Made by a program: the position numbers and the translations under genes. A stretch of DNA of 64,000 nt from an uncultured delta proteobacterium (GTDB lineage Bacteria; Myxococcota_A; Polyangia; Fen-1088): assembly GCA_963737265.1 (NCBI GenBank), contig CAVTRY010000011.1:736001-800000 (forward strand), in the 5' to 3' direction. Under the pieces are notes generated by a model. That model was not told the DNA's origin. It saw only the letters and a list, made by a program, of their open reading frames with translations, and searched no databases. Of this stretch, positions 1 through 11,518 are shown piece by piece. How positions within the stretch are numbered: the first letter of the stretch is position 1; each line of letters begins with the position of its first letter.

Positions 1-1343
1 GCAGTCGGGTTCACGAACGCCGTACCATCCGGACAAGCGACGATGGTGCGAGCGCCTTTCAGCACGACCACGGCGCCACACCGGGAAGCAAGCCGGCGAG
101 CGAGGCCCAGGCGATCCTTCTGGACGTCGGACGTCGTGCAGCCGCATAGCCTTGCCATCTCCCCGGGGTGCGGCGTGAGAATGCGGGCCGCGCTTGCCCT
201 GGCCACGCTCGGCCCGGCGCCGGTGCCAAGCAGATTGAGAGCGTCTGCGTCGACGACCAACGGAAGCGCAAGCTCGGCAACGAGGCGGTGAACGAGCGCG
301 GACATGCCTTCCCCCGTGGGTATTCCGGGGCCGACCACCGCCGCTCGCATGCGCGCCGCCTGCTCTACGAGGGTGGCAAAGCTTGCCTCATCGGCATCGT
401 TTCCCTGTCCATAGGCGCAAGTCATCTCGGAAACAACCTTGGCGTCGAGCGCGGATTGCGCTGCGGCCGCCGCTGCGACCGTCACCAAACCCGCACCCGC
501 GCGCAAGGCGCCGCGCGCGGACAGCAGCGCAGCCCCAGTTTTCCCCACCGAGCCGGCAATGACCAGAAGGTGGCCAGCGGTACCCTTGTGACCAGTCGGC
601 CCGCGCGCCGGCAGCACGTCCGAGATTGCCTCGCGTTCCAGCCAGTGGCAAAGCGACCCCTGTTCGCATGCCGCCGCCAAGACGCTCTCGGCCGCCACGC
701 CCAAGTCGACGACTTCGACCCGACCGACTGGGGCATCGGCATCGAGCACGAGCCCAAGCTTTCTGCAGCCCATAGTGGCCGTGACGTGGGCCTTCACCAC
801 GCAGCCGTGTACGGCGCCGGTGTCGGCATCGAGCCCGGAAGGAAGGTCGATGGCAACCCGCAATGCATTCGTCGCATTCATTCCGGCGATGGCCGCGGCG
901 GGCGCACCTGCAACTTGCGCCCGCAGGCCGGTCCCGAAAATTGCATCGACGATCACGGCCGCTCCGCCGAGCTGCGCCTGCCACACACCCGCATCGCTCT
1001 CCGACGACAAATCGCGGACACCGTCAAGCGCCAATGTTTGAAAGACCTTGGCGAACACCGCCGCGTCGCCGGTGATTTTCTCGGCAGGCAAGGCGAGAAA
1101 TACCCGGACCTTGGCGCCCCGTCCCAGTAGGTGGCGAGCCGCCACAAAGCCGTCGCCACCGTTCTGGCCGGCGCCGCACACGACGCGCACGTCGAGACCG
1201 GCGATGTCCGGACGTTCACGCTCGACGATGTCCGCCACGCCGCGCCCCGCGTTTTCCATGAGCACGAGCCCGGGCAGCCCCAGCCGGTCGATGACGGCTC
1301 TATCGACGGCCCGCGTCTGGGCTGTGGTCAGCAAGAGCGCCAT
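1..1343 (-). CDS. nnr: Bifunctional NAD(P)H-hydrate epimerase/dehydratase (YjeF/Nnr), truncated by the left edge
   Basis: Not in the ORF track because it runs off the edge. Manual translation from ATG 1343 gives MALLLTTAQTRAVDRAVIDRLGLPGLVLMENAGRGV..., then GQNGGDG, DADTG and HKGTAGHLLVIAGSVGKTGAA, which are YjeF_N and carbohydrate-kinase motifs. Follows pdxJ. Confidence 0.9.
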   Translation of the reverse strand, partial: MALLLTTAQTRAVDRAVIDRLGLPGLVLMENAGRGVADIVERERPDIAGLDVRVVCGAGQNGGDGFVAARHLLGRGAKVRVFLALPAEKITGDAAVFAKVFQTLALDGVRDLSSESDAGVWQAQLGGAAVIVDAIFGTGLRAQVAGAPAAAIAGMNATNALRVAIDLPSGLDADTGAVHGCVVKAHVTATMGCRKLGLVLDADAPVGRVEVVDLGVAAESVLAAACEQGSLCHWLEREAISDVLPARGPTGHKGTAGHLLVIAGSVGKTGAALLSARGALRAGAGLVTVAAAAAAQSALDAKVVSEMTCAYGQGNDADEASFATLVEQAARMRAAVVGPGIPTGEGMSALVHRLVAELALPLVVDADALNLLGTGAGPSVARASAARILTPHPGEMARLCGCTTSDVQKDRLGLARRLASRCGAVVVLKGARTIVACPDGTAFVNPT

Positions 1344-1353
1344 GGTGCGAATT

Positions 1354-2097
1354 CTACTCGCGGCCGGCGCCGCGCGCACCTGCGTCGATGGCCGCGCGCA
1401 TGTCGAGCACCGCTCGTTCCATTCCCACCATCACCGCCCGCGCGACCAGCGCGTGACCAATGCTCATCTCTTCCAAACCAGCCAGCGCCGCCACCGGCCC
1501 GACGTTGGCATAGTCGAGGCCATGGCCCGCGGCCAAGCGAAGTCCGGTATCGACAACGATTCGGCCGGCCTTCTCCAGGCGAGCCAGTTCGCGAGTGGAT
1601 TCCTGCGTACCGAGTTTGGTGTGACAATAGTCGCCCGTGTGCAATTCGGCTTGCGTCGCTCCGAGGTCGACACAGGCGCGCGCGCTCGTCTCGTCGGGAT
1701 CGATAAACAGGCTCACGCCGATGCCGGCATCGTGTAAAATCCGCACTGTTTTGGCTATTTCGGTCGCGCGACCGCGCACATCGAGCCCGCCCTCGGTGGT
1801 CTGCTCCTCGCGTTTCTCCGGCACCAGGGTGCACATATCGGGACCGACCTGAACGGCAATATCCACGATGGACGGCACCATCGCCATTTCCAGGTTGAGC
1901 GAGCCACGTACCGTCTTGCGCAGGATGCGCACGTCGCGTTCTTGAATGTGGCGGCGATCTTCGCGCAGGTGGACCGTGATTCCGTCGGCGCCAGCCAATT
2001 CGCAGATACCAGCCGCGATGACCGGATCGGGATAGATGGTATCGCGTTGCTGGCGCAGGGTCGCGACGTGGTCGACGTTGATGAAAAGGCGAACCAT
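1354..2097 (-). CDS. pdxJ: Pyridoxine 5'-phosphate synthase
   Basis: NVDHVATLRQ, GITVHLREDRRHI, AGHGL and SIGHALV motifs. Confidence 0.96.
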   Translation of the reverse strand: MVRLFINVDHVATLRQQRDTIYPDPVIAAGICELAGADGITVHLREDRRHIQERDVRILRKTVRGSLNLEMAMVPSIVDIAVQVGPDMCTLVPEKREEQTTEGGLDVRGRATEIAKTVRILHDAGIGVSLFIDPDETSARACVDLGATQAELHTGDYCHTKLGTQESTRELARLEKAGRIVVDTGLRLAAGHGLDYANVGPVAALAGLEEMSIGHALVARAVMVGMERAVLDMRAAIDAGARGAGRE

Positions 2098-2108
2098 GAA
2101 AACTCCCT

Positions 2109-3488
2109 TCAAATTGACGCGTACTTGTCCACCGCTTTGCGCATGACTTCGGCGATTTCCTCGGCGTAGGCACGGATGAGCGTTTCGTCGGCGCCCTCGA
2201 TCATAACCCGAGCTTTGGTCTCGGTGCCGGAGTAGCGAACCAGCACGCGGCCATCCTTGCCGAGCGCCTTTTCAACCATCGCGATGACGGCTTGAACAGC
2301 GGGCAGGTCTTCGACGGGCACCTTGCGTGGAACGCGGAAGTTGATTAGCACCTGTGGGTAGCGGGTCATCAACTTCGCAAGGTCGGAAAGAGGTCGCCCC
2401 TCCTGAACCATGACCGAAAGAACCTGCAACGCCGCCAGCAGGCCGTCGCCGGTTGTTGACTCCTGCAAAAAAACGATGTGCCCCGATTGCTCACCGCCGA
2501 AGGCGTAGCCGCCCGCCCGCATGGCTTCGACAACGTATCGATCACCGACCGCAGTTCGCAACAGTATGCCCTGTGTAGCGGCCAAGGCCCGTTCGAGCCC
2601 CAGATTCGACATCACCGTGGCCACCACCGTATTGCCGACCAACTTTCTCTGCGCGATGAAGCGCGTGCCAAGAATGGCCAGGATCTGATCGCCGTCGACG
2701 ATATCCCCCCGTTCATCGGTCAGGATCACGCGGTCGGCGTCTCCGTCGAGAGCGATGCCGATAGATGCGTGCGTCCGGCGGACCTCGGCCGCCACCTTGT
2801 CGGGATGAAGTGCGCCGCACCCATCATTAATATTGCGGCCGTTCGGTTCGACCGACAGTGGAGTGACCTCTGCGCCAAGCTCCTCGAACACTTGCGGCGC
2901 GGCCCGGTAGGCCGCCCCATTGGCACAATCCACCACGATGCGAATGCCGTCGAGGGTGCGATCTTTGGGAAAGGTGTTCTTGATGAACTGCACGTAGCGG
3001 CCTTCGGCGTCGTCGAGCCGAACCGCCTTGCCAATCCTGGGCTCGGGCCCAGGCGTGAGCGGTTCAGGATTGGTCATACGCCGCTCGATTTCGGCTTCGA
3101 TGTCGTCGGCCAACTTGAAGCCATCGGGTCCGAAAATCTTGATACCGTTGTCCTGAAACGGGTTGTGGGACGCGCTGATGACCACGCCGGCATCGGCGCG
3201 CATGCTGGCCGTGATGAAGGCGATGGCCGGGGTTGGCAGGGGCCCGACCAACATGACGTCGGCGCCGGCCGAGACGATGCCAGCCTCAAGCGCGCTCTCG
3301 AACATGTAGCCGGACAGACGCGTGTCCTTGCCGATCACCACGCGACAGCGCTTATCTCGCTGGCGAAAGTGTTCGGCCACGGATCGGCCCAGGCTGAGCG
3401 CCACCTCCGCGGTCATGGGAAACTGATTGGCGACACCGCGGATGCCGTCGGTGCCGAAAAGTCGTCGCTCGAGCTTGGTCTCAGCCAT
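2109..3488 (-). CDS. glmM: Phosphoglucosamine mutase
   Basis: [28 protein letters not shown] and RYSGTE motifs; start placed at MAETK. Confidence 0.96.
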   Translation of the reverse strand: MAETKLERRLFGTDGIRGVANQFPMTAEVALSLGRSVAEHFRQRDKRCRVVIGKDTRLSGYMFESALEAGIVSAGADVMLVGPLPTPAIAFITASMRADAGVVISASHNPFQDNGIKIFGPDGFKLADDIEAEIERRMTNPEPLTPGPEPRIGKAVRLDDAEGRYVQFIKNTFPKDRTLDGIRIVVDCANGAAYRAAPQVFEELGAEVTPLSVEPNGRNINDGCGALHPDKVAAEVRRTHASIGIALDGDADRVILTDERGDIVDGDQILAILGTRFIAQRKLVGNTVVATVMSNLGLERALAATQGILLRTAVGDRYVVEAMRAGGYAFGGEQSGHIVFLQESTTGDGLLAALQVLSVMVQEGRPLSDLAKLMTRYPQVLINFRVPRKVPVEDLPAVQAVIAMVEKALGKDGRVLVRYSGTETKARVMIEGADETLIRAYAEEIAEVMRKAVDKYASI

Positions 3489-4332
3489 GGCGCCGCACAT
3501 TGTAGTGCTTTTCGTGGTGCTTTTCGGCTCCAAAACGAACGCTTGCAATGGCCTCGGCCACGCGAACTACGTCGCGCATCTCCTTCACGTCGTGTACCCG
3601 CACCGCCTCGGCTCCGCCCAGAACCGCGCTTGCCACCGCCGCCGCCGTGCCGAAAATCCGCAACGCCACCGGCTGACCGGTGAGATCGCCGATAAACCGC
3701 TTGCGCGAAACGCCCACCATCAGCGGTACGCCAAGGCGAGCGCGAAGAGTGGCAAGACTGCCCAGCAACTGAAGGTTGTGCCGAGCTTCCTTGCCAAAGC
3801 CGATGCCGGGGTCGGCCCAAATTTCCCCGCAGCCCGTCGCGCGCGCGACCGCGATGCGCCCGCCAAGCTCGGTGGCGACTTCGCCAACCACGTCGTCGAA
3901 ATGGACGTTGGCCATCATGGTGGCCGGGCGACCGCGCAAATGTCCGAGGACGATCGCCGCCCCCACGTTCGCCGCGACCGCGACAACGGCGGGATCCATC
4001 GCGCCCCCGGAAATATCGTTGACCACGGTCGCGCCCGCTGCGAGAGCGGCGCGTGCAGTGCCCGATTTGTAGGTGTCGATCGAAATTCGAGCGCGCCCCG
4101 CAAGCCTCTTCGCCAGATCCTCGATGATGGGAACCACGCGCCGGATCTCCTCGGCCTCGGAAACCGGCTCGGCATTCGGACGCGTCGACTCGCCGCCTAC
4201 GTCGATCCACTGTGCGCCAGCGTCGGCCATAGCCAGCCCGGCGACCACCGCGCTTTCCACCGTCGCAAACTGGCCGCCGTCGGAAAACGAGTCCGGGGTG
4301 AGGTTGAGAACTCCCGCGATGATGACCGGCAT
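3481..4332 (-). CDS. folP: Dihydropteroate synthase
   Basis: [36 protein letters not shown] and RVHDV motifs; lies between ftsH and glmM. Confidence 0.95.
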   Translation of the reverse strand: MPVIIAGVLNLTPDSFSDGGQFATVESAVVAGLAMADAGAQWIDVGGESTRPNAEPVSEAEEIRRVVPIIEDLAKRLAGRARISIDTYKSGTARAALAAGATVVNDISGGAMDPAVVAVAANVGAAIVLGHLRGRPATMMANVHFDDVVGEVATELGGRIAVARATGCGEIWADPGIGFGKEARHNLQLLGSLATLRARLGVPLMVGVSRKRFIGDLTGQPVALRIFGTAAAVASAVLGGAEAVRVHDVKEMRDVVRVAEAIASVRFGAEKHHEKHYNVRRHG

Positions 4333-4348
4333 GACGCCGTCTGTGCGG

Positions 4349-6292
4349 CTAAGCCTTTTCGGGTGTGGGCGACGGAATGGGTGGAAAAGATCCGGAACTC
4401 TCCGCCCGCTGCGCCTTGAGCTGTTCGGAGCTCTTGGAAAGACTGGGGAAGGTCGCGACCGCCGGCGTGTTGTCGAGCTTGCCCCCCGACAGCACGACGT
4501 CGATGTCGGCAGCGTCCAGGGTTTCTTTTTCAAGCAAAGCCTCGGCTAGAAGCTTGAGCTTGTCGAGGTTGTTCACGACGATCATCTTCGCGCGCTCGTA
4601 ATTTTCCATGACGATGCGCCGGATCTCGGCGTCGATCTCGCGCGCGGTCTGTTCGCTGTACTCTTTGTGCTCGACGAAGTCGCGGCCCAAGAACACCATC
4701 TCGTCGTTGCGTCCGAAGTGAAGCGGACCCATTTTTTCCGACATGCCCCATTCGCAAACCATCTTGCGGGCAAGGTCGGTTGCGGTGTGGATGTCGTTGG
4801 AGGCACCGGTGGTGATTTGACCGAAGACCAACTCCTCGGCGACGCGCCCGCCCATCGCGACGGCGATCTGGTCGTTGGCCAGATCCTTCGAGACGTTGAG
4901 GCGATCCTCCACCGGCAGCTGCTGGGTTAGCCCGAGCGCCCGGCCGCGGGGGATAATCGTCACCTTGTGCACGGGATCCGACCCCTTCATCATCTTGCCC
5001 ACCAGCGCATGCCCGCCTTCGTGGTACGCGGTCACGCGTTTGTCTTTGTCGCTGATAATGAGCGATCGCCGCTCGGGCCCCATCAAGACCTTGTCCTTGG
5101 CCTGTTCGAAGTCGTGACGGTCGAGCTGATCCTTGTCGCCGCGAGCGGCCAGCAGGGCAGCCTCGTTGACCAGGTTCTCCAGATCGGCGCCGGAAAAGCC
5201 CGGCGTTCCCCGCGCGACCACGTCGAGATCGACGTTGTTTGCCATCGGGGTTTTCTTGGTGTGGACCTTGAGGATGCCCGCCCGCCCCTTCACGTCGGGC
5301 TGTGGCACCACGATACGCCGGTCGAATCGGCCGGGACGGAGAAGAGCCGGATCGAGGACATCGGGCCGGTTGGTGGCCGCGATGAGAATGACGCCGTCGT
5401 TGGACTCGAAACCGTCCATCTCGACCAGCAGCTGATTCAGCGTCTGTTCGCGTTCGTCGTGGCCACCGCCGAGGCCCGCGCCGCGATGGCGCCCAACCGC
5501 ATCGATTTCGTCGATAAAGATAATGCAGGGTGCGTTCTTCTTGCCCTGTTCGAACAGGTCGCGTACGCGACTCGCCCCGACGCCGACGAACATCTCGACG
5601 AAGTCCGAGCCGGAGATCGAATAGAACGGAACCCCAGCCTCGCCGGCGATAGCACGCGCCAGCAACGTCTTGCCCGTCCCGGGCGGTCCCATCATTAGAA
5701 CGCCCTTGGGAATGCGGCCACCCAAACGCGTGAATTTCTTTGGATCCCTGAGGAAGGCTATGATCTCCTCGACCTCGTCCTTGGCCTCCTCGATACCGGC
5801 CACATCCGCGAAGGTGATCTTCTTTTGGTTCTCGGACAGAAGCTTCGCCTTGGACTTGCCGAAGCTCATGGCCTTGCCGCCGCCCACTTGCAGCTGGCGC
5901 ATAAAGAGCAGAAACACCACCGCGACGACGAGAATGGGCAGCCAAGTGATGAGGATCTGTTGCCAGAATCCGCCCTCGCTCTCGCGCACGATCTTGTACG
6001 ACATCCCGGCTTTGTTCAGCTTCTCAAGCATCTGCTCGCCGATGAAGCCGGTCGTGACGAAGGCCTCATCGTTCTTCTTGAGCGTTCCCCGGAACTCGGC
6101 GTGGTTGCCGTTCATGCGGATTTCAAGCGGCGGCGCCGTCTTGAAATCGCCTGGCGACTTTTCGACCTTCTGGATGAAATCCGAGAACGTCAGTTGTTGT
6201 TCGACTTGTCGTGGGTTGATGAGCTGCCAAACGACGATGAAAGCGAAGATCATCATCACCCAAACGAGCACCGTCTTGTGGCTGTTACGCAC
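4349..6292 (-). CDS. ftsH: ATP-dependent zinc metalloprotease FtsH
   Basis: Two N-terminal TM segments, GPPGTGKT Walker A, IFIDEID Walker B, HEGGH zinc site; GTG start. Confidence 0.98.
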   Translation of the reverse strand: MRNSHKTVLVWVMMIFAFIVVWQLINPRQVEQQLTFSDFIQKVEKSPGDFKTAPPLEIRMNGNHAEFRGTLKKNDEAFVTTGFIGEQMLEKLNKAGMSYKIVRESEGGFWQQILITWLPILVVAVVFLLFMRQLQVGGGKAMSFGKSKAKLLSENQKKITFADVAGIEEAKDEVEEIIAFLRDPKKFTRLGGRIPKGVLMMGPPGTGKTLLARAIAGEAGVPFYSISGSDFVEMFVGVGASRVRDLFEQGKKNAPCIIFIDEIDAVGRHRGAGLGGGHDEREQTLNQLLVEMDGFESNDGVILIAATNRPDVLDPALLRPGRFDRRIVVPQPDVKGRAGILKVHTKKTPMANNVDLDVVARGTPGFSGADLENLVNEAALLAARGDKDQLDRHDFEQAKDKVLMGPERRSLIISDKDKRVTAYHEGGHALVGKMMKGSDPVHKVTIIPRGRALGLTQQLPVEDRLNVSKDLANDQIAVAMGGRVAEELVFGQITTGASNDIHTATDLARKMVCEWGMSEKMGPLHFGRNDEMVFLGRDFVEHKEYSEQTAREIDAEIRRIVMENYERAKMIVVNNLDKLKLLAEALLEKETLDAADIDVVLSGGKLDNTPAVATFPSLSKSSEQLKAQRAESSGSFPPIPSPTPEKA

Positions 6293-6346
6293 TCGGTTTC
6301 CTTTTAGCAGGTTGTACTCAAGATATTGACACCAAAAGGGTGGTCG

Positions 6347-7600
6347 TCAACGCGCCACCCGGACCTCAAACCATTCAACCGTGCTTTCGTCGGGACGTCC
6401 GGCTTGCGACGGCCGCAGTCCAGGAACGAAGAGAATCTCCCCGGCAGCGTCGCAAAGGGCAGGAAGTCTTGCTCTTTCTTGCTGTGGAATCTTGGCGTCG
6501 ATGAGCAAGTCGGAAAGTTTTCGCGTGCCAAGGCCGGAACGCGGCGACATGCGATCGCCCGGCCGCAGCGTGCGCAAAACGAACGGCCAGCGGACCTTCC
6601 TCGTGTCAAAGCACGCCCCCTTCCCGCCAGGACGGAGCCCCGCAACAGGCGACGCGATTTCAATCGCTGGCGCGGGAGGGTGGAAAAGACGATAGGTGCC
6701 GGGCGCAAAAATGGTCTGCGCACGCTCGCCGCTCCCTTCTTCCGTCGCGGCCGAAGGACTCGGCCGCCAAGCGATTTTTCCGTAGGCGACCACAATTTCT
6801 CCGTTCTTGACGGCTATCCTGCGCGAGCCGCGCCCGTCGCGAACCAATCTCGCCACACTCTCCACCACTCGCCTCGGCAAAAATAGGCCCGCAGGCAGCG
6901 CCTCCCGCCACGCTGTGGTCCGCCCCGCGGCCCGAGCCTCGCGCGCGAGGGCCAGCAGCGCCTCGACGACGCGGGGATTCTCGTTCGCCAGCATGGGAAG
7001 AACGTCGTGGCGAATGCGGGATCGGGAGTATCGCCGATTGGCGTTCGATGGATCGGACACGAACTCGATCTTGTGCTTGGCGAGATAGCCAAGGAGCTCC
7101 GAGCGCCTCACGTCGAGCAAAGGACGAATGAACGGTCCGCGTCGGTAGGGAATCCCGGCCAGGCCTGCGATGCCCGTCCCACGCACGATGCGGAACAGCA
7201 CCGTTTCAGCCTGGTCGTCCGCCGTGTGCCCGAGCGCGATCTTGGCGCAGCCGAGGCGCGCAGCCGCTGCCTCTAAGGCAGCGAGGCGAACATTGCGCGC
7301 GGCCTCTTGCAACGAAACGTGCGCTCGGCGCGCTTGCTTCACGTCGACCGCCAGCACCTCGCAACCCGGGCCAAGCTGGCGGCAGCGCAAGCTGACCGTT
7401 TGTGCCTCGTTCGCCGATTCCGGCCGCAGGCCGTGGTCGATGCACGCCGCGGCCAGCTCGATATCGAGCCGCGACGAAAGGCAAACGAGAGCGTGAAGAA
7501 GCGCGGTGGAGTCAGGTCCACCCGATAGGGCGACGAGCACGCGATCGCCGGCCGCCAACAAGTCATGCTCGCGGATGGTGCGCAGGACAGAAGACAGCAC
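6347..7600 (-). CDS. tilS: tRNA(Ile)-lysidine synthetase
   Basis: SGGPDS PP-loop, DHGLR, GHTADDQAET, IRPLL and DPSN motifs; upstream of ftsH. Confidence 0.95.
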   Translation of the reverse strand: MLSSVLRTIREHDLLAAGDRVLVALSGGPDSTALLHALVCLSSRLDIELAAACIDHGLRPESANEAQTVSLRCRQLGPGCEVLAVDVKQARRAHVSLQEAARNVRLAALEAAAARLGCAKIALGHTADDQAETVLFRIVRGTGIAGLAGIPYRRGPFIRPLLDVRRSELLGYLAKHKIEFVSDPSNANRRYSRSRIRHDVLPMLANENPRVVEALLALAREARAAGRTTAWREALPAGLFLPRRVVESVARLVRDGRGSRRIAVKNGEIVVAYGKIAWRPSPSAATEEGSGERAQTIFAPGTYRLFHPPAPAIEIASPVAGLRPGGKGACFDTRKVRWPFVLRTLRPGDRMSPRSGLGTRKLSDLLIDAKIPQQERARLPALCDAAGEILFVPGLRPSQAGRPDESTVEWFEVRVAR

Positions 7601-7628
7601 AGCTCGATCCTAGCAGCCACGCGGGCGG

Positions 7629-8642
7629 TCACGCCCCCAAGGCGCGGGCGATGTAATAGGTGATCGCGCTGATGGCGGCGGACGCCGGAATGGTGAAAAT
7701 CCACGCCCAGACGATTCGTCCGGCCACGCCCCAACGGACACTTCCAGGTCGCGAAACCGAACCGACACCGACGATGGCCCCGGTGATGGTGTGGGTCGTC
7801 GATACCGGTATGCCGAGCATGGTCGCGACGAAGATTGCCACCGAGCCGCCAGTCTCGGCACAGAACCCGCCGAACGGTCGCAGCTTGGTCAGGCGCATGC
7901 CCATCGTTCGTACAATCCGCCAGCCGCCCGACATGGTGCCGAGCCCCATGGCAAGATAACAGCCCAGCACGATCCATTTGGGAATCTGATGGCCGGTCGG
8001 GAAGTGGTCGCCGAGGTAGCCCTGCGAGTAAAGGAGCACGACGATGATCCCCATCGTCTTTTGCGCGTCGTTGCCGCCGTGATTGAGGCTGAACGCCGCT
8101 GCCGACACCAGCTGCAGGCGGCGAAACCAGCGATCGACCTTGCCTGGATTCACCCTGCGCAGCAGCCACGAGCACGCGATCATCATGATCGCCGAGCCGA
8201 CATATCCTATCACCGGCGAGACAATGATGAAGAGCGCGGTGCTGCTGATCTTGCTCCAACCGAGGATGCTGAGCCCTGCCTTGGAAACGCCGGCGCCGAT
8301 GAGTCCCCCGACGAGAGCGTGCGACGAGCTGGACGGCAGCCCCCACCACCACGTGAGCAGGTTCCAGGCGATGGCACCACCCAGAGCGCCGATCGTCACG
8401 GCCATGTCCACGATGCGCGGATCGATGATGCCCTTGCCGATGGTCCCGGCGACGTGAAGGTCGAAGGCGGCGAACGCTACGAAGTTGAAGAAAGCGGCCC
8501 ACAGCACGGCCTGGAAGGGCGTAAGCACACGGGTCGAAACCACGGTGGCGATGGAATTCGCCGCGTCGTGGAAGCCGTTGATGAAGTCGAAGATGAAGGC
8601 GGCGGCCACCACCACCATGACGAGAACGAGCTTGTGGTCCAC
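7629..8642 (-). CDS. pit: Inorganic phosphate transporter, PiT family
   Basis: NGFHDAAN, PSSSSHAL, HGGNDAQK and PVSTTH motifs; GTG start inferred just after the DUF47 stop. Confidence 0.93.
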   Translation of the reverse strand: MDHKLVLVMVVVAAAFIFDFINGFHDAANSIATVVSTRVLTPFQAVLWAAFFNFVAFAAFDLHVAGTIGKGIIDPRIVDMAVTIGALGGAIAWNLLTWWWGLPSSSSHALVGGLIGAGVSKAGLSILGWSKISSTALFIIVSPVIGYVGSAIMMIACSWLLRRVNPGKVDRWFRRLQLVSAAAFSLNHGGNDAQKTMGIIVVLLYSQGYLGDHFPTGHQIPKWIVLGCYLAMGLGTMSGGWRIVRTMGMRLTKLRPFGGFCAETGGSVAIFVATMLGIPVSTTHTITGAIVGVGSVSRPGSVRWGVAGRIVWAWIFTIPASAAISAITYYIARALGA

Positions 8643-8650
8643 GGCCCCTT

Positions 8651-9271
8651 TTATGAGTTCTCGAGGACCACGCCCTCGATGATGTTTGCGACGTCCTCGC
8701 AGCGATCGGTGGCGGTTTCCAGCAACTCGAAGATCTCCTTCCACTTGATGACTTGGATGGGATCCTTCTCTTCCTTGAATAGCTTGGCGATGGCGCCGCG
8801 CAACTGAACGTCGGCTTCATTTTCCAGGCGATTGATTTCGACGCACTTCTCGAGGATCAGCTCGGGATGCTTCAGATTTCGCATGCCCGTCACCGCTTCG
8901 AATACGCGCTCGGAACCCGACAGCAGCACGCGCGCCAGATCCCAGAGCTCCTTGTTGTGGCCGTTCACCTCGTACAGCGCCACACGCTGGGCGGCCGCCT
9001 CGACGAAATCCATCACGTCGTCCATTTTCGAAATCAGACGAAAAATGTCGTTCCGGTCGATGGGCGTAATGAAGACCTTGTGCAGCCGCTCGACCACGTG
9101 GTGGGTGATGTGGTCGCATTCGCTTTCGATGGCCTTGATCCTTGGGCAAGCCTCGGTGCTCGGAACCTTGCCCTGGGCCATGTCGACAAAGGCGCGGCAT
9201 CCCTCGACGGTTTTTTGGGCATGCTTTTCGAAATCGTCGAAGAAAGATTCTTCCCTGGGCAGAAGGCGCAT
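8651..9271 (-). CDS. DUF47 / PhoU-like phosphate transport regulator
   Basis: FITPIDRNDI, ENEAD and LETATDRCEDVAN motifs; canonical pairing with pit. Confidence 0.9.
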   Translation of the reverse strand: MRLLPREESFFDDFEKHAQKTVEGCRAFVDMAQGKVPSTEACPRIKAIESECDHITHHVVERLHKVFITPIDRNDIFRLISKMDDVMDFVEAAAQRVALYEVNGHNKELWDLARVLLSGSERVFEAVTGMRNLKHPELILEKCVEINRLENEADVQLRGAIAKLFKEEKDPIQVIKWKEIFELLETATDRCEDVANIIEGVVLENS

Positions 9272-9349
9272 CTTGCCGGCTGTATCGCCGAAGCAGCCCT
9301 GCCTGTCAATGCCAGAAGCCTAGGCCTGATTCCCCGACAGCCACAGAGA

Positions 9350-9434
9350 GTCGTGGACGTAGACGCGGTCGTGGCCGTGGCCGGAGTGCTCGGTCGGCCA
9401 CGGCCACGGCGACGACCAGGACCACGTCCACGAC
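9350..9434. repeat. Imperfect inverted repeat made of 6-mer units (GTGGCC/GTGGAC vs GGCCAC/GTCCAC)
   Basis: GTCGTGGACGT (9350-9360) pairs with ACGTCCACGAC (9424-9434); GTGGCCGTGGCCG (9371-9383) pairs with CGGCCACGGCCAC (9395-9407); lies between divergent genes. Confidence 0.75.
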
Positions 9435-9636
9435 CACCACCCATCGCTCCAGCTGGGTGGCACGTCCATCCTGGAAAGGCGCCGTTTTCTGCCGCCTTCC
9501 GCCACGTCGCTGCGCTTGTCGCGGGATTGCGACAAGCGAGAACGGCGCTGCCGCCCAGCCCAGCTTGAACCGCGAACCTGCCTGCGCGAGCGCGCGAGCT
9601 CATCACGGCCGAGGCCGTACGTGGCATAGTCCGGTC

Positions 9637-11343
9637 GTGACCGAAAACAAGACAACGGAACCGCCGACAAACCTGATCGCCCTCTCCGATTACCGCGCGC
9701 AACTCGTGCGCGGCCAGCGCACCCGCCGCACTGAAGCGCTCTTCGATGCCGACGATCCCGAGGCCGCGATTCGCGCCCTGCCCCCCGACGAGTTCTTCTA
9801 TGTGATCCACGAACTGGGATTTCCCGAGGCGATGGACATTCTCGTGCATGGCACGGCCGAACAGATACAAACCGTGCTGGACTTCACCCTCTGGGACAAC
9901 GACCGCATTTCCCTCGAAAAAGCGGACGACTGGCTGGGAGCGTTGGTCGAGGCGCCACCCGAAGCGCTGGGCAAGTGGGCCGAGGGCATGGATGTCGAGC
10001 TGCTCGCCCTGCTCATTCGCCTGCGTGCCCGCATTTACGACCTTTCCCTGGAAGAAGAACCGGACGAACCCGAAGGCGTGTTGTGGAACTCGCCGGACCG
10101 GCTCTTCGTCCTGGAATTCTTGGGCGAGCCCGAACGGGCGCGAGTCACGCAGCACCTGGTGGACAGCCTGTATCGCTACTCGCCGGTCTTGATGCGCCGT
10201 CTGCTGATCGGGATGCGATCGGAATTCGACGCCGAGTTGGAGGAGACCGCGTACCGCTGGCGCTCCGGCCGCATGGAAGACCTGGGCTTCGTTGACTTCT
10301 ACGAGGCTCTTGAGGTGTACCGCGAGCTCGATCCCGCGTCGGTGCGCAGCGACGGAAAGCCTGCGCCCAGCCTGCGCCCGCGCGGGGAGACGGCCGATGA
10401 GACCTATTCGCGCCTGCCCATAGCGATGGTCGAGCGCATGGCGGGCAAGACGCCCTTTGCCCGTGCCGTGGCCGGTCTCACCGGCCGCGAGACCGCGGCG
10501 GAAATCCACTTCGCCCTGGTCGCCCTGTGCAATCGTGCCCTGTCAGCCGACCGCATTACGCCGAGCGATGACGAAGCGATTCAAGCGGTGCTTGAGCGGG
10601 TGTCCGCCAACCTCGACTTGGCGATCGAGTTTTTGGCCCGCGGCGATGCGGAGCAAGAGGTGGCTGCGGTACGCAACGTGCCGCTGGTGAGGCTCCACCG
10701 CTTGGGGGTCAGCCTGGTGGGCAAGCTGCGGCGCTTGGCCTTGGCCCTTTTACGCGGCAATCCCTTCGCGGTCCTGCGGCCAGCCGTGGATATCTTCGAG
10801 AGCGAAGATGGCGAAGCGCTGGCCAGCATGACCCGGCTTCGCCCGCGCTTTCCGCGCATGTTGGAGACGCCCGCCGCACCCGGCGAGCGCCCGTTCTTGA
10901 CCCTGGCCGATATCGCAACCGCCACGCGTGCGGTGGAGCGAGCCGCCGCCACCATCGAGCTGGTCACCGGGCTCGGCGTGCGCCCGCACCACATCTCGCC
11001 GGAGGCGCTTGCGCGAATTGCGGCTTTCGCCGAGAAGCCCAAGGCCATGGTCGACCCGGCTGCGATCGACACGGGCGTTGTCGCTCGCACGGTACTGGTG
11101 CTGCACCTCTTGGGCGAGAAAACAGTACCCGTCACCGCGCTCTCCCAGACAGCCCTCGAAAAGTTCAAACAGGGGTTCAACCGTGGCTCTCACCTGTCAG
11201 AAGAAAGCCTCGTCCAAGTCCTCGAAATTCTCGGCTCCGCGTGCCGATCGGGTCGGCTCGAAGGCGCCACGCGAGAGATCGCTCAGCGCTGGATTGCCTC
11301 GCTCTGCCCACTCGGGCCGGTATTGGGAGCGGGCCCGCTCTAG
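9637..11343 (+). CDS. DUF6178-like protein of unknown function
   Basis: Long ORF with GC-rich third positions; LDFTLWDNDR and ELEETAYRWRSGRMEDLGF resemble DUF6178 as recalled; GTG start inferred. Confidence 0.7.
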   Translation: MTENKTTEPPTNLIALSDYRAQLVRGQRTRRTEALFDADDPEAAIRALPPDEFFYVIHELGFPEAMDILVHGTAEQIQTVLDFTLWDNDRISLEKADDWLGALVEAPPEALGKWAEGMDVELLALLIRLRARIYDLSLEEEPDEPEGVLWNSPDRLFVLEFLGEPERARVTQHLVDSLYRYSPVLMRRLLIGMRSEFDAELEETAYRWRSGRMEDLGFVDFYEALEVYRELDPASVRSDGKPAPSLRPRGETADETYSRLPIAMVERMAGKTPFARAVAGLTGRETAAEIHFALVALCNRALSADRITPSDDEAIQAVLERVSANLDLAIEFLARGDAEQEVAAVRNVPLVRLHRLGVSLVGKLRRLALALLRGNPFAVLRPAVDIFESEDGEALASMTRLRPRFPRMLETPAAPGERPFLTLADIATATRAVERAAATIELVTGLGVRPHHISPEALARIAAFAEKPKAMVDPAAIDTGVVARTVLVLHLLGEKTVPVTALSQTALEKFKQGFNRGSHLSEESLVQVLEILGSACRSGRLEGATREIAQRWIASLCPLGPVLGAGPL

Positions 11344-11395
11344 CGTCCTTGCCGCACGTCGTGGGCGCCCCGGCGGGATCCCCCGCGCGAGCACC

Positions 11396-11425
11396 TTGAC
11401 ATTTCCCCCGTTCCCGCTGTACCTG
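11396..11425 (+). promoter_or_regulatory. Possible sigma70 promoter for the ABC operon
   Basis: Perfect TTGACA at 11396-11401; only a weak -10 (TACCTG) 18 nt later. Confidence 0.3.
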
Positions 11426-11518
11426 GAAGCCCTTCCAAGCCTTTCTAGAAACCGCAATTTTCGGGAATAAGGCGCCGCAGTCATCTGTTAATGCGCCGGC
11501 CAAACCAGCGAGGTAGCG

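Noticed and set aside
1343-6347. Absence of acpS, hpt and cdaA from the tilS-ftsH-folP-glmM-pdxJ-nnr cluster
   Set aside because: Ordinary lineage-level variation in gene order; the genes may lie elsewhere
9320-9670. Trp/Ser-rich small ORF (WWSWTWSWSSPWPWP)
   Set aside because: It is simply the translation of the hexamer palindrome
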